From NCBI GenBank assembly GCA_963704165.1, contig CAVPHD010000001.1, positions 576,001-640,000 on the forward strand: 64,000 nucleotides of DNA, in the 5' to 3' direction. Every line of letters starts with the position of its first letter. Positions within the stretch are counted from its first letter, which is position 1. This stretch comes from an uncultured delta proteobacterium (GTDB lineage: Bacteria > Myxococcota_A > UBA9160 > SZUA-336). Below, one piece after another: positions 12,240 through 24,841 of the stretch. Under the pieces are notes generated by a model, which saw only the letters and a program-made list of their open reading frames with translations, was not told the origin of the DNA and made no database searches. The position numbers were made by a program, and so were the translations under genes.

Positions 12240-13522
12240 ACACCGCGCGATCGAGGCAATTGCTCGAGCGCGCACGCACGCGGATTCCCGGCGGCGTCAA
12301 CAGCCCGGTGCGCGCGTTCGGCTCGGTGGGCGGACAGGCACGCTTCATCCGCTCGGCCGCGGGCGCGCGGATCGAGGACGAGGACGGGAACCGCTACATC
12401 GACTACGTCGCATCCTGGGGTGCGATCCTGCACGGACACGCACACCCGGCCGTGCTCGAGGCGATCGCGAAGGCCGCGGCGCGCGGAACGAGCTTCGGTG
12501 CACCGACCGAGGCCGAGGTCGTGCTCGCCGAACGCCTGTGCGCGCTCGTGCCGTCGCTCGAGATGGTGAGGCTCGTCTCGTCGGGCACCGAGGCGACGAT
12601 GAGCGCGATCCGACTCGCGCGTGGTGCGACCGGCCGCGACCGGATCCTGAAGTTCGACGGTTGCTACCACGGCCATCCCGATCACATGCTCGCTGCCGCC
12701 GGCTCCGGAGTCGCGACGCTCGGCATTCCCGGCACCGACGGCGTGCCGCGCGCGGCGGTCGCCGACACGGTGGTGTTGCCGTTCAATGATCTCGCCGCGG
12801 TCGAGGCGCTCTTCGCCGCGCGAGGCGATGAGATCGCGGCGGTGATCGTCGAGCCCGTCGCCGCGAACATGGGGCTGGTCTTGCCGGCCGACGGCTTCCT
12901 CGGTGGATTGCGCTCGGTCTGTGATCGGCACGGCGCGCTCTTGATCTTCGACGAGGTGATTACCGGTTTCCGTGTCGCGCTCGGCGGTGCGCAGGCGAGG
13001 TTCGGCGTCGCGCCCGACCTGACCACGTTCGGCAAGGTGATCGGCGGCGGTCTCCCGGTCGGCGCCTACGGCGGTCGGCGCGCGCTGCTGGAACGCATGG
13101 CGCCCGTCGGCCCGATCTACCAGGCGGGAACGCTCTCGGGCAATCCGCTCGCGACCGCAGCCGGGCTCGCGGTCCTCGATCTCGCGGCGCAGCCCGGTGT
13201 GTACGAACGGCTCGAAGCCGGCACGAAGCGCCTGGCCGACGGCCTCGCGGGCATCGCTCGCGAAGCCGGGGTCCCGTTCTCTGCCAGCTCGCTCGGCGGG
13301 GTCTTCGGTTTCTTCTTCCACCCCGGACCCGTTCGCAACTACGCCGACGCGCAGAAGGCCGACACGGCGGCATTTCGCAGCTTCTTCCACGCGATGCTCG
13401 AGCAGGGGATCTATCTGGCGCCTTCCGCCTTCGAGGCCGGCTTTCTCACGACCGCGCACGGCGATGCGGAGATCGAGAAGACGCTCGACGCCGCGCGGCG
13501 CGCGCTCACCCGGGCCGGCTAG
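12236..13522 (+). CDS. hemL: Glutamate-1-semialdehyde 2,1-aminomutase
   Basis: [61 protein letters not shown] overlap with gyrA. Confidence 0.97.
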   Translation: MNTARSRQLLERARTRIPGGVNSPVRAFGSVGGQARFIRSAAGARIEDEDGNRYIDYVASWGAILHGHAHPAVLEAIAKAAARGTSFGAPTEAEVVLAERLCALVPSLEMVRLVSSGTEATMSAIRLARGATGRDRILKFDGCYHGHPDHMLAAAGSGVATLGIPGTDGVPRAAVADTVVLPFNDLAAVEALFAARGDEIAAVIVEPVAANMGLVLPADGFLGGLRSVCDRHGALLIFDEVITGFRVALGGAQARFGVAPDLTTFGKVIGGGLPVGAYGGRRALLERMAPVGPIYQAGTLSGNPLATAAGLAVLDLAAQPGVYERLEAGTKRLADGLAGIAREAGVPFSASSLGGVFGFFFHPGPVRNYADAQKADTAAFRSFFHAMLEQGIYLAPSAFEAGFLTTAHGDAEIEKTLDAARRALTRAG

Positions 13523-13771
13523 ATGTCCGACCCGAAGTCGACCGGTCCGCGGCGGTCGGCGATCCGGATGGGTCGCGGAGTCGAAGCCGCCTGGGAGGCC
13601 GCCCTCTCGATCGTGCTCGGCGCGGTGCTCGGCATCTACGCCGATCGCTGGCTCGACACGTCCCCGATCCTGCTCTTCGTGTTCCTGACCCTCGGGGCGG
13701 TGGTCGCATTCCGGCGCTTGATCGCGCTCGGCAAGCAGGCCACGAAGGACGCAGAATCACCTCCGCGGTGA
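13523..13771 (+). CDS. AtpZ/AtpI family F0 accessory protein
   Basis: Two TMs with GIYADRWLDTSP (GxxxDxxxxTxP); precedes atpI and atpB. Confidence 0.8.
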   Translation: MSDPKSTGPRRSAIRMGRGVEAAWEAALSIVLGAVLGIYADRWLDTSPILLFVFLTLGAVVAFRRLIALGKQATKDAESPPR

Positions 13772-14130
13772 TGTGGCGCAGCGCTTCGTTGCACGCCAAG
13801 TACTCGTTCGTGCTCGCGCTTGCAATCGCGGGGGCGATTCCGTATGGATGCCACGCCGCTTGGAGCTTGGCCCTGGGCGGAGGGATTCAACTCGTGAATC
13901 TGAGCATCCTGGATCGAAGCGTGCGCGCCGTACTCTCGACCGGCGGCACCGGAAATGCGGCTTCACTGGCTCAGATCACGCTCGTGCTCCGGACCGTCGT
14001 CTTCTTCACCGCGGTGATCTACGTGCTCACATCCACACCTGCCAAGGCGCTCTTCTTCCTCGCGGGCCTTCTGGTCGTCGTCCCGGCTGCGATCTGGCAC
14101 GGACTCGCGCTCCCGGTGCGGGGGGACTGA
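13768..14130 (+). CDS. atpI: ATP synthase subunit I-like membrane protein
   Basis: Four-TM 120-aa protein (GGGIQLVNL) immediately before atpB. Confidence 0.65.
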   Translation: MMWRSASLHAKYSFVLALAIAGAIPYGCHAAWSLALGGGIQLVNLSILDRSVRAVLSTGGTGNAASLAQITLVLRTVVFFTAVIYVLTSTPAKALFFLAGLLVVVPAAIWHGLALPVRGD

Positions 14131-14131
14131 G

Positions 14132-14824
14132 GTGGGCCACCCTCCCTCGATCTACGACGCACTCGCGGCCACCGTGCCGGTGCTGTTTCAGTCGGTCATC
14201 GCCGGGATCCTGATCGTGGTGCTCGTCGCATGGCGCGTTCGCGCGAGCCTCGGCGCCGACGCCGTGATCCCCGACGGGCGCTTCACGCTGCGCAACTTCT
14301 TCGAGGTCGCCTTCGAGGGCATCGCATCGCTCGCGCACGAAGCGATCGGCCACGACTGGCGCAAGTACATGCCGATGCTCGCGACGCTCGGCATGTTCAT
14401 CCTGATCGGAAATCTGATGGGGCTCGTGCCGGGGCTTGGCGGGCCGACGTCCTACGTCGAGACGAATCTCTCCTGGGCGCTCGTCTCGGTCTTCACGGCC
14501 GAGGCGGCCGCGATCCGGGCGAACGGCATCGGGGGCTGGCTCAAGCACATGTCGCCCGGCCCGATCTGGATGGCGCCGCTGATGCTGCCGATCGAGCTGT
14601 TCAGCCACCTGGTCCGCTTCGTCACGCTCACGATCCGCCTCACGGCCAACATGTTCGCCGACCACACGCTGGCGGCGATCTTCATCGGCTTTGGCGGTGT
14701 GATCTCGGTGTTCGTGCCCTGGATCGTGCTCGGTCTCGGGGTCTTCATCTGCTTCGTGCAGGCGTTCATCTTCACCTTCCTCACCATTCTGTACATCGGG
14801 ATGGGTCTCGAGGAATCTCACTAG
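14132..14824 (+). CDS. atpB: F0F1 ATP synthase subunit a
   Basis: NLMGLVPG, PIELFSH, LTIRLTANMFADH (conserved Arg), VQAFIFTFL. Confidence 0.96.
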   Translation: MGHPPSIYDALAATVPVLFQSVIAGILIVVLVAWRVRASLGADAVIPDGRFTLRNFFEVAFEGIASLAHEAIGHDWRKYMPMLATLGMFILIGNLMGLVPGLGGPTSYVETNLSWALVSVFTAEAAAIRANGIGGWLKHMSPGPIWMAPLMLPIELFSHLVRFVTLTIRLTANMFADHTLAAIFIGFGGVISVFVPWIVLGLGVFICFVQAFIFTFLTILYIGMGLEESH

Positions 14825-14837
14825 AAAGGGAGTAGCG

Positions 14838-15146
14838 ATGCGTGCGTTCTTCTTCGTTGCGGCCGTCGTGGCCATGGCTCTCTCGCCCGATCTGGCCTTC
14901 GCGGCCGAGGAAGGCGGTGGATCGGGTTGGGGGATCGCGATCGGCTCGGGGCTCGCGATCGGCCTCGCGATTCTCGGCGCGGGCATCGGCCAGGGCATGA
15001 CCGCCGCGAACGCGGTCCAGGGCATTGCGCGCAACCCCGGTGCGGCCGGAGTGATCCAGACCCCGATGATCATCGGCCTCGCGCTGATCGAGTCGATCGC
15101 GCTGCTCGCCTTCGTCATCGCGTTCCTGATCCAGGGCAAGATCTAG
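14838..15146 (+). CDS. atpE: F0F1 ATP synthase subunit c with N-terminal leader-like extension
   Basis: GAGIGQG, GIARNP, LALIES (ion-binding Glu). Confidence 0.96.
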   Translation: MRAFFFVAAVVAMALSPDLAFAAEEGGGSGWGIAIGSGLAIGLAILGAGIGQGMTAANAVQGIARNPGAAGVIQTPMIIGLALIESIALLAFVIAFLIQGKI

Positions 15147-15195
15147 TCCGGCGGGATCCCGCGCGCTTCGAGCGCGGCGCCCCGACAACGACTCC

Positions 15196-15237
15196 GCGCC
15201 CGGGCGTTCACACGAGCGCCCGGGCGCTTCTGTATTT
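15196..15237 (+). terminator. Probable intrinsic terminator of the gyr-hemL-atp transcript
   Basis: 11-bp stem GCGCCCGGGCG / CGCCCGGGCGC, 10-nt loop, then TTCTGTATTT. Confidence 0.7.
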
Positions 15238-15251
15238 CGCGGGTTTGCGCG

Positions 15252-15267
15252 CGGCACGCGCCTTGCT
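15252..15267 (+). promoter_or_regulatory. Sigma54 (-24/-12) promoter
   Basis: CGGCACGCGCCTTGCT: GG-N10-GC with GGCACG and TTGC matching the consensus. Confidence 0.65.
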
Positions 15268-15277
15268 CTCTCGATCC

Positions 15278-15396
15278 GGCAGGTGGAACGGACATCCCTC
15301 TCACGGGACCAGGGATTCCGGGAAGCTCATGTCGGATGGGGAACGGGGAAAGGCGCACGATGAACGGGGTGAGGCGTGCGCATTCCCCATCCGGCA
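15278..15396 (+). ncRNA. Candidate structured GGA-rich small RNA
   Basis: Starts at the predicted sigma54 +1. Eight GGA in 15285-15349; hairpin ATCCCT/AGGGAT; 14-bp stem 15330-15343/15383-15396 with inner stem GCGCACG/CGTGCGC. Confidence 0.45.
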
Positions 15397-15418
15397 ACCC
15401 CTGAGTCACACTGAAGGC

Positions 15419-16006
15419 GTGAAGGCGCGCGGCGGATTCCTGGTGCTCGAGGGGATCGACGGATCGGGCAAGAGCGAGCAGTCGCGCAGGCTCGCCGCCT
15501 GGCTCGTGTCGCGCGGACACCGTGTGGTGTCGACCCGCGAACCGACGGATGGCGCGCATGGACGGCGCTACCGCGCCTGGGCGCGCGGTGACTTCGAGGC
15601 GACCCCCGACGACGTCCTGCAGCTCTTCCTCGAAGACCGCCGCGAGCACGTCGCCCGCGTGATCCGACCCGCGCTCGATCGCGGCGAGATCGTCGTCTGC
15701 GATCGCTACAAGTACTCGACGCTCGCGTACCAAGCCGCGCAGGGCCTCGATCGCGCGCGCCTCCGCGCGCTCTTCGACGGTGCCGAGTTTCCCGTTCCCG
15801 ATCTCGTGCTCTGGCTTCGGCTTCCCGTCGGGACGGCGATCGCGCGCATGGGCGCGAATGCGACCGAGCGCTTCGAGCGCGAGGAGTTCCTCGGCCGCGT
15901 CGATGCCGAGTACGCACGCCTCGGGCTCGAGGCGATCGACGCGAGCGGAACACCCGATCAAGTGGAGCAGGCGATCCGCGCGCGGGTCGATCGCGCGCTC
16001 GCGTGA
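15419..16006 (+). CDS. tmk: Thymidylate kinase
   Basis: LVLEGIDGSGKS, TREP, DRREH, VVCDRY..STLAYQ. Confidence 0.95.
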   Translation: MKARGGFLVLEGIDGSGKSEQSRRLAAWLVSRGHRVVSTREPTDGAHGRRYRAWARGDFEATPDDVLQLFLEDRREHVARVIRPALDRGEIVVCDRYKYSTLAYQAAQGLDRARLRALFDGAEFPVPDLVLWLRLPVGTAIARMGANATERFEREEFLGRVDAEYARLGLEAIDASGTPDQVEQAIRARVDRALA

Positions 16007-16578
16007 GCGAGCAGAGCGCGGTCGAATGGATCGGCGCGCTCGCGGGTCTGTCGTGTGTCTGGCTCCTCGCGCGCGCGAGCATCTGGAACTGGCCGGTGTC
16101 GATCGTCAACACCACGCTCTACTTCGTGGTCTTCCTGCGCGCGCGCCTGTACGGCGAGGCGCTCCTGCAGGTCGTCTTCACGCTGCTCGGGCTTTACGGC
16201 TGGTGGAGCTGGCGATTCGGCGGGGCTCGAGGTGCCGAGTTGCCCGTCCGCCGTGCACTGCGCGTGGAAGTCGGCGTCGCGCTCGCGATCTCGATCGCCG
16301 GCACCGCCTTCGCCGCGCTCGTGCTTGCGCGCACCACCGACTCGCCGGTTCCGATCTGGGACTCGAGCGTCCTCGTGCTGAGCCTGGCGGCCACCTGGGC
16401 GCAAGCCCGCAAGGTGCTCGAATCCTGGTGGATCTGGATCGCGGTCGACGTCATCTCCGTGCCGCTCTACGTCGCCCGCGAGCTGTACCCGACCGCCGTT
16501 CTCTACACGCTCTTCCTCTTGATCTGTGTCTCGGGGCTGCGCCGCTGGAGAGAGCTTCTGGTCGAGCAGACGGCATGA
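16003..16578 (+). CDS. pnuC: PnuC-family nicotinamide riboside/vitamin transporter
   Basis: IWNWP, LYGEALLQ, YGWWSW, RKVLESWWIWIAVD. Confidence 0.92.
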   Translation: MSEQSAVEWIGALAGLSCVWLLARASIWNWPVSIVNTTLYFVVFLRARLYGEALLQVVFTLLGLYGWWSWRFGGARGAELPVRRALRVEVGVALAISIAGTAFAALVLARTTDSPVPIWDSSVLVLSLAATWAQARKVLESWWIWIAVDVISVPLYVARELYPTAVLYTLFLLICVSGLRRWRELLVEQTA

Positions 16579-17174
16579 TCGCTCGACGCGTCGTGCTGAT
16601 CGGCGCGGAGTCGACGGGCAAGACGACGCTCGCGCGTGATCTCTGCGACGCGCTCGTGCGGCGGGGCGGTGCGTTCGCTGCGACACGCTGGGTCCCCGAG
16701 TACGGACGCGACTACACGATCGAGAAGCTCGCGCGCGAGGGCGGCGCCGACGCCCGCATGGATCGGCTCGTCTGGACCACGGCTGATTTCGTCGCGATCG
16801 CGCGCGAGCAGAATGCGCTCGAGGAACGCGCGGCCCGCGTCACCGGACCCGTTCTGGTCTGCGACACCGACGCGTTCGCCACCGCGGTCTGGCACGAGCG
16901 CTACCTGGGCGCGCGCTCGGACGACGTCGAAGCGCTCGCGATCACGCAGTCCTCGCTCTACCTGCTCACCCACCCCGACGACGTTCCGTTCGAGTCCGAC
17001 GAGATCCGCGATGGCGAGCACTTCCGCGCGTGGATGACCGACGCGTTCGCGGAGCGTCTGCGCGGAAGCGTGCATCGCCTCGAGCTCGTGCGCGGAGCCC
17101 GCGAAGAGCGCGTCGTCCGCGCGTGTCGGGCGATCGACGGCTGGCTCGCCGGAGATCGGCCGCTCACACCGTAG
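16575..17174 (+). CDS. NadR-type kinase/ATPase (AAA_28)
   Basis: VVLIGAESTGKTTLA, VPEYGR, VCDTD, DVPFESDEIRDG; overlaps pnuC. Confidence 0.88.
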   Translation: MIARRVVLIGAESTGKTTLARDLCDALVRRGGAFAATRWVPEYGRDYTIEKLAREGGADARMDRLVWTTADFVAIAREQNALEERAARVTGPVLVCDTDAFATAVWHERYLGARSDDVEALAITQSSLYLLTHPDDVPFESDEIRDGEHFRAWMTDAFAERLRGSVHRLELVRGAREERVVRACRAIDGWLAGDRPLTP

Positions 17175-17191
17175 GACCCGGACGCCTGACG

Positions 17192-18242
17192 TCAGCGCCG
17201 CGTCAGACTCGTCGCGGTCTGGATCAGGAAGAGCAGGATCGCGGCGACGTTGAGCAGCGCGCCCCAGGCGCGAAGCTCGTGGACGCCCGCGACGTCGCCG
17301 GCGATTCGCATCACGAGTCCCGACGTGGAGCAGCACGAGGTGGATCCAGAAGCGGGGCGTGAAGCGAATGCGCAGACGAAGGATCGCGGGAAAGATGATC
17401 GGCGCGTGGCCGAAGATCATCGAGAACGCGAAGCCGACGAAGAGCGCGTGCAGGATCGCGTCCCAGGCTGGCCCTGCCTGTGGTGCGCCCCACGCGAGCG
17501 CGAACACGCCCGCGAGCGCGAGCCAGACGTGACCCGACATCACCGCCCATGCGAGGAAGCGCGGCGCACCGGGTCGGCGGAGTGATTTGCGCGCGAGATC
17601 CCAGCGCAAGAGCCACGCGGCAAGGCCGAGCCACGCGAGTCCGGAGATTCGCGCCCCGAGCGGTCCATCGACGAATGCGACGAGTGGCCCGGCGATCGCA
17701 ATCGCGACCAGCGTCGCGAACGCGACGAGCGCCGGACGCGTGGGCGCGAGCAGGCGCGAGAGCTCGAGTCGCTCACCGGCGACGGTGAGGATGATGAACG
17801 CGGCCCACCACGGCACGACGTCGACGAGCGCGCGGCCGAGGAGCCACGCGAGTGCTCCGGTCGCGAAACACGCAGCCCCCGCGAGCTGCGTCGCCGTCCA
17901 GCGCGTCGCGCGTTCGTAGAGTCCGACGGCGAGCACGGAGAAGAACACCAGCCCACCCAACGCGATCGCGACGCGTCCGGGCGTGACGGGGCCGCCTGCG
18001 GCGAGCGAGAGCGCGCCGATCCCGATCAGGACGGGCGCCGCGTAACCGAAGCTGCGCCGGAGCGCGACGGCCTTCTCGAGCGAGATCAGCGTGCCGAGAA
18101 ATCCCGTCAGCATGAGTGCGCCGTGCTGGAGCGTGACCTCGGCAGGCACGTTCGGCACCGCCCAGCCGACCCGAACCAGCCCACCGAGGAGGCCCGCGAG
18201 CAGGGAGAGCATTCCCAGCAGAAGCAGCGGTGCGCGTTCCAT
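17192..18242 (-). CDS. Polytopic membrane protein (NnrS-like), one frameshift near 17320
   Basis: About 11 TMs; HGALMLTGFLGTLISLEKAVAL, AGERLELSR, HALFVGFAFSMIFGHAPIIFP. Removing one base near 17320 gives ...HVGLVMRIAGD...TRR-stop at 17192. Confidence 0.7.
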
Positions 18243-18273
18243 CCCGACGATTCCCCGATGTTCGCGGCTCCGG

Positions 18274-18302
18274 AGTATAGAGGCTCGCGGTCACCGTATA
18301 AT
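18274..18302. promoter_or_regulatory. Divergent -10 elements
   Basis: TATACT on the minus strand (18274-18279) and a perfect TATAAT on the plus strand (18297-18302) between divergent genes. Confidence 0.55.
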
Positions 18303-18323
18303 GCCGACCGAGAGGATCGAACC

Positions 18324-19247
18324 ATGAAGCGAGAAGCGACACTTCGCGAGAACGTCGAGTTTCCGAGCCGAGGCGCGCGCTGCCGCGGATGGCTCTACCG
18401 ACCGGAAGGCCAGACCGGACGACCCGTGCCCGCGATCGTGATGGCGCACGGATTCTCGGCGGTGAAAGAGATGTACCTGCCGTCGTTCGCGGAGTCCTTT
18501 CGTGCGGCTGGATTCGCGGTGCTGGTCTTCGACTTCCGATTCCTCGGCGAAAGCGATGGCGAGCCGCGTGGCCAGGTGTTTCCCTTCGAGCAACACGAGG
18601 ACTACCGAAACGCGATCTCGTGGATCTCGCTCCAGCCCGGGATCGACGCGTCGCGCGTCGGGATCTGGGGCTCCTCGTACAGCGGAGGGCACGCGATGCA
18701 CCTCGCCGCCTTCGACCGCCGCATCAAGGCGGCCGTCGCGCAGGTACCCGCGATTCGCGTCTGGCCGCTCTTGCACGCGCTGATGGGACGCGCGGGCCTC
18801 GACGCGTTTCTCGGCATGATCTCGGCCGATCGCGCCGAGCGCTTCGTCAGCGGAAAGGTGACCGAGATCCCCGTCGTCGCTCCGACCGGGCAACCCTGTG
18901 TGCTGGCGGCCCCCGACGCGTGGGAGTGGTTCCAGAAGACCGGCTCGTCGATCGCTCCGAGCTGGCGCAATGCCGTGACGCTCGAGTCGCTGGAGAAGAT
19001 GCTCGAGTACGATCCACCCGGTGCGATCGAGCTGATCTCCCCGACGCCGTTGCTCGTCATCGCGGCGCGGAACGATTCGCTGGTCCCGATCGAGCAGCTT
19101 CGCGCGACGGTCGCGCGTGCGGGCGAACCCAAGCGTTATCTCGAGCTCGATTGCGGACACTTCGATGTGTACGACACCGCGCCGTGGTTCGAGCGCGCAT
19201 CCGGGGCCGCGACCGAGTGGTTCCGGACGCACCTGAAGCCGGAGTGA
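18324..19247 (+). CDS. Alpha/beta hydrolase (peptidase S15/YcjY-like)
   Basis: VMAHGFSAVKE, FDFRFLGESDGEPR, GSSYSGGH nucleophile elbow, GHFDVY. Confidence 0.88.
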   Translation: MKREATLRENVEFPSRGARCRGWLYRPEGQTGRPVPAIVMAHGFSAVKEMYLPSFAESFRAAGFAVLVFDFRFLGESDGEPRGQVFPFEQHEDYRNAISWISLQPGIDASRVGIWGSSYSGGHAMHLAAFDRRIKAAVAQVPAIRVWPLLHALMGRAGLDAFLGMISADRAERFVSGKVTEIPVVAPTGQPCVLAAPDAWEWFQKTGSSIAPSWRNAVTLESLEKMLEYDPPGAIELISPTPLLVIAARNDSLVPIEQLRATVARAGEPKRYLELDCGHFDVYDTAPWFERASGAATEWFRTHLKPE

Positions 19248-19270
19248 AGCCCGACTCGTGGTGACGAGCG

Positions 19271-20100
19271 TCAGATCCGCGGCGGCCCGGCAGGATCCTC
19301 GGCGTCGCGTGCCGCCGCGCGCAGCAGTCCGAAACCGACGCCACTGAGCAGGGCCGCGCCCGCGAGCCAGGCCGGCGGGGTGTGCGCCGCCGTGACGTCG
19401 TCGAAGCCGGCCAGACCGAAGGCCTGATACATCGCGGCGACGGTGACCAGACCCGTGAGCGCGTGAAGCGCGATCGGTGGCCAGAGCGACCCGGACGCCT
19501 GTCGCAGCACACCGAGCACGAGTGAGTTCGCGAACGCGGGCGCGATCCCCCAGAGACCGCCGAAGACGAGGCCGCTCGCGAAGCCCGAGAGCATCGCGGT
19601 CAGTGCGATCCCGCCGACGATGCCGAATCGCAGCACCGCGAGCGGCTGAAGGATCCCCCGGAAGAAGAGCTCGTAGGCGAGCGGGAACACCGCGATCTGG
19701 ACGACCGCGAGCGTCGATCCCCAGAATGGCGGGAGCTCGACGGGCTCCGTCGCGGGGGTGAATTCGCTCGGCACCGGGAACATCGCCTTCACCAGGTTGT
19801 CGATCTCGCTCGTGAGCACGACGGACGAGACCAGGAACGCGACCGCCAACCACGCCGTCGTCGGCGCGCGCACGAGCGAGAGCTGTTTCAGTGGCGGCTC
19901 GCGAAAGCGAACCGCACAGACCGTGAAGACGCCCCCGTAGGCGAGCACCGCGCCCATGCCGGCGACCGGCAACGTCCCGCGAAAGCCGATCAGCGACAGG
20001 ACCGTGACGCTTAGCAAGTGAAGGATCGGCGCGAACGCAGCGAGCATGAAGACGAACGCGAACGAGAGAGGGGGCCGGGATTCGCCTTCTCGCTCGGGGA

Positions 20101-20104
<4 letters not shown>
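19271..20104 (-). CDS. CPBP (CAAX/Abi) family membrane protein
   Basis: Multi-TM; YELFFRG and [11 protein letters not shown] motifs; ATGA overlap with uvrA. Confidence 0.75.
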
Positions 20105-22928
<2,824 letters not shown>

Positions 22929-22932
<4 letters not shown>

Positions 22933-23882
22933 GTCTTCACCGTGTCCGTCTCGTTCTGGTTGCGCGACAACTCGAGCGCCAATCTTACCGCCTCGATCAT
23001 CGAGCGTGAGTCCGCGCGACCCTGCCCGGCGATGTCGAAGGCCGTCCCGTGATCGACGCTCGTGCGCACGATCGGCAGTCCGAGCGTCACGTTCACGGCC
23101 TCGCCGAAGGCGTGGGTCTTGAGTGGCCCGAGGCCCTGATCGTGGTACATCGCGAGCACGGCGTCGAATTCACCGGCGACCGCGCGATGGAAGAGGCTGT
23201 CGGCCGAGTAGGGACCCGAGGCCGCGATGCCGCGGGCACGCGCCGACGCGATCGCGGGGGCGATCACGCGCGCCTCGTCGTCACCGAATCGTCCGGCCTC
23301 GCCCGCGTGTGGGTTCAGGCCGCATACCGCGATTCGCGGCGCGTGTATGCCGAAGCGGCGTTCGAGATCCGCGTGCATGATCGCGAGCACCTCGAGAATC
23401 CCCGCGGTCGAGAGCCGATCCGGTACCTCGCGAAGCGCGCAGTGGATCGTCGCGAGACCGACGCGAAGTCCACGTCCTACGAGCAGCATCACCGCGCGCC
23501 CTGCGCCGCAGGTCTCCTCGAGCAACTCCGTATGACCCGGGTACGAGAACCCACCCGCCGCGATCACCTCTTTCGAGATCGGTGCGGTCGCGATCGCGTC
23601 GAGGGATCCCGACAGGCAGTCCCGCGCGGCGGCTTGGATCGCCGATACGATGCCGCGCGCGCTCGACGGATCGGGACGCCCGGGAGAGACCCGCGCGCTC
23701 GAATGCGCGTGGGTTTCGATGCCTTCGAGAACGCCACCTCGGCTTCGCAACGCGTCGATGTCGCCGTAGACGACGAGCTCCGCGTCCGCGCTCGGGATCG
23801 CGCGAAGTGCTGCCGCGACCACCTCCGGGCCGATGCCCGCTGGATCGCCGATGCTGATTCCGATCCGACGACGCGAGCTCAC
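22929..23882 (-). CDS. pdxA: 4-hydroxythreonine-4-phosphate dehydrogenase
   Basis: [53 protein letters not shown]. Confidence 0.96.
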
Positions 23883-24841
23883 TTCAGCTCCGGAGCGACC
23901 ACCTCGACGTAGCGGTTCTTCCGCACCTCGGTCATCCACTTCTCGAGCTCGGGCATGGTGCGACGCTCGATGATCTCTCCGCGGAGCTTGTCGGCGACCT
24001 GCTCGTACTTCACCGTGCTCGGGTCGAAGCGATCGAGAAACTGGAACAGATTCTGACCGTGCGCGTTCTCGATCACGTCGGTGATCTCGCCCGGCTTCAG
24101 GCCGTCGATCGCGCCCTTGATCAGCGCGGGAGCATCGGCCTCGCGGAAGACGGTCAGCCCACCCTGCTGTGCCGTCGGCGCCGACGAGTATTTCCGCGCG
24201 AGCCCTCCGAAGTCGCCCTCCTGGCGCGCCTGGTCGCGAAGCTTCAGCGCGAACTCGCGTGCCTTTTCCTGAGAGCCCGGAGGCGCATCCGGGGGAACGG
24301 CGAGCAGGATGTGCAGAACGCGAATCCGCTCGCCCGGCTTGGCCTGTCCGTAGCGTTCGTCGTAGAGCTTGCGGACCTCCTCGTCGCTCACGCGGACCCG
24401 CCCTTGCACCGAGCCGGAGATCATCTTCATTCGGGTGATCTGCGCGCCGAGCTGTTCGCGATAGGCCACCCGGGGCAGGCCCTGATCGGCCGCGGCGGCG
24501 TAGATCGCATCGACACTGACGCCCTCCTCTTCCGCGATTCCCTTCACGGCCGTATCGATCTCGTCCTCGCTGGCGGACACGCCCTGGAATCTGGCGACCT
24601 GCAGAATCAGCTTCTCGTCGATCAGGTTCTTGAGCGCGTTGTCGCGCAGCTGCTTCATCTCTTCCGGTGTCAGCGTCTGACCCTTTGGCACACGTGAAGC
24701 GATGGCCTGCATCGCGACGCGCACCTCGGAGAGCAGCACCACCTCGTCTCCGACGATCGCAGCGACGCCGTCCGCGACCTCGGCGCGAGCGGCGTCGCCG
24801 AACGCCAGCAGCAGTACGAGGAGGCAAAGTCTCCGTCTCAT
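23879..24841 (-). CDS. surA: SurA-type periplasmic chaperone/PPIase
   Basis: Signal peptide, DGVAAIVGDEVVLLSEV SurA N-domain, rotamase domain (HILL, LARKYS); between the PPIase gene and pdxA. Confidence 0.85.
   Translation of the reverse strand: MRRRLCLLVLLLAFGDAARAEVADGVAAIVGDEVVLLSEVRVAMQAIASRVPKGQTLTPEEMKQLRDNALKNLIDEKLILQVARFQGVSASEDEIDTAVKGIAEEEGVSVDAIYAAAADQGLPRVAYREQLGAQITRMKMISGSVQGRVRVSDEEVRKLYDERYGQAKPGERIRVLHILLAVPPDAPPGSQEKAREFALKLRDQARQEGDFGGLARKYSSAPTAQQGGLTVFREADAPALIKGAIDGLKPGEITDVIENAHGQNLFQFLDRFDPSTVKYEQVADKLRGEIIERRTMPELEKWMTEVRKNRYVEVVAPELK

Noticed and set aside
9992..13522. 1176-aa ORF ending in HemL
   Set aside because: The first ~750 aa are an Arg-rich shadow frame of gyrA; hemL starts at the ATGA overlap at 12236.
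14838..15146. Possible Na+-translocating ATP synthase
   Set aside because: Subunit c has Q and ES but lacks the Thr and Tyr of the Q...ESTxxY Na+ signature (reads ESIALL); H+ coupling is more likely.
13523..15146. atp operon containing only subunits a and c plus accessory genes
   Set aside because: Split atp operons are established in delta- and epsilon-proteobacteria; not novel.
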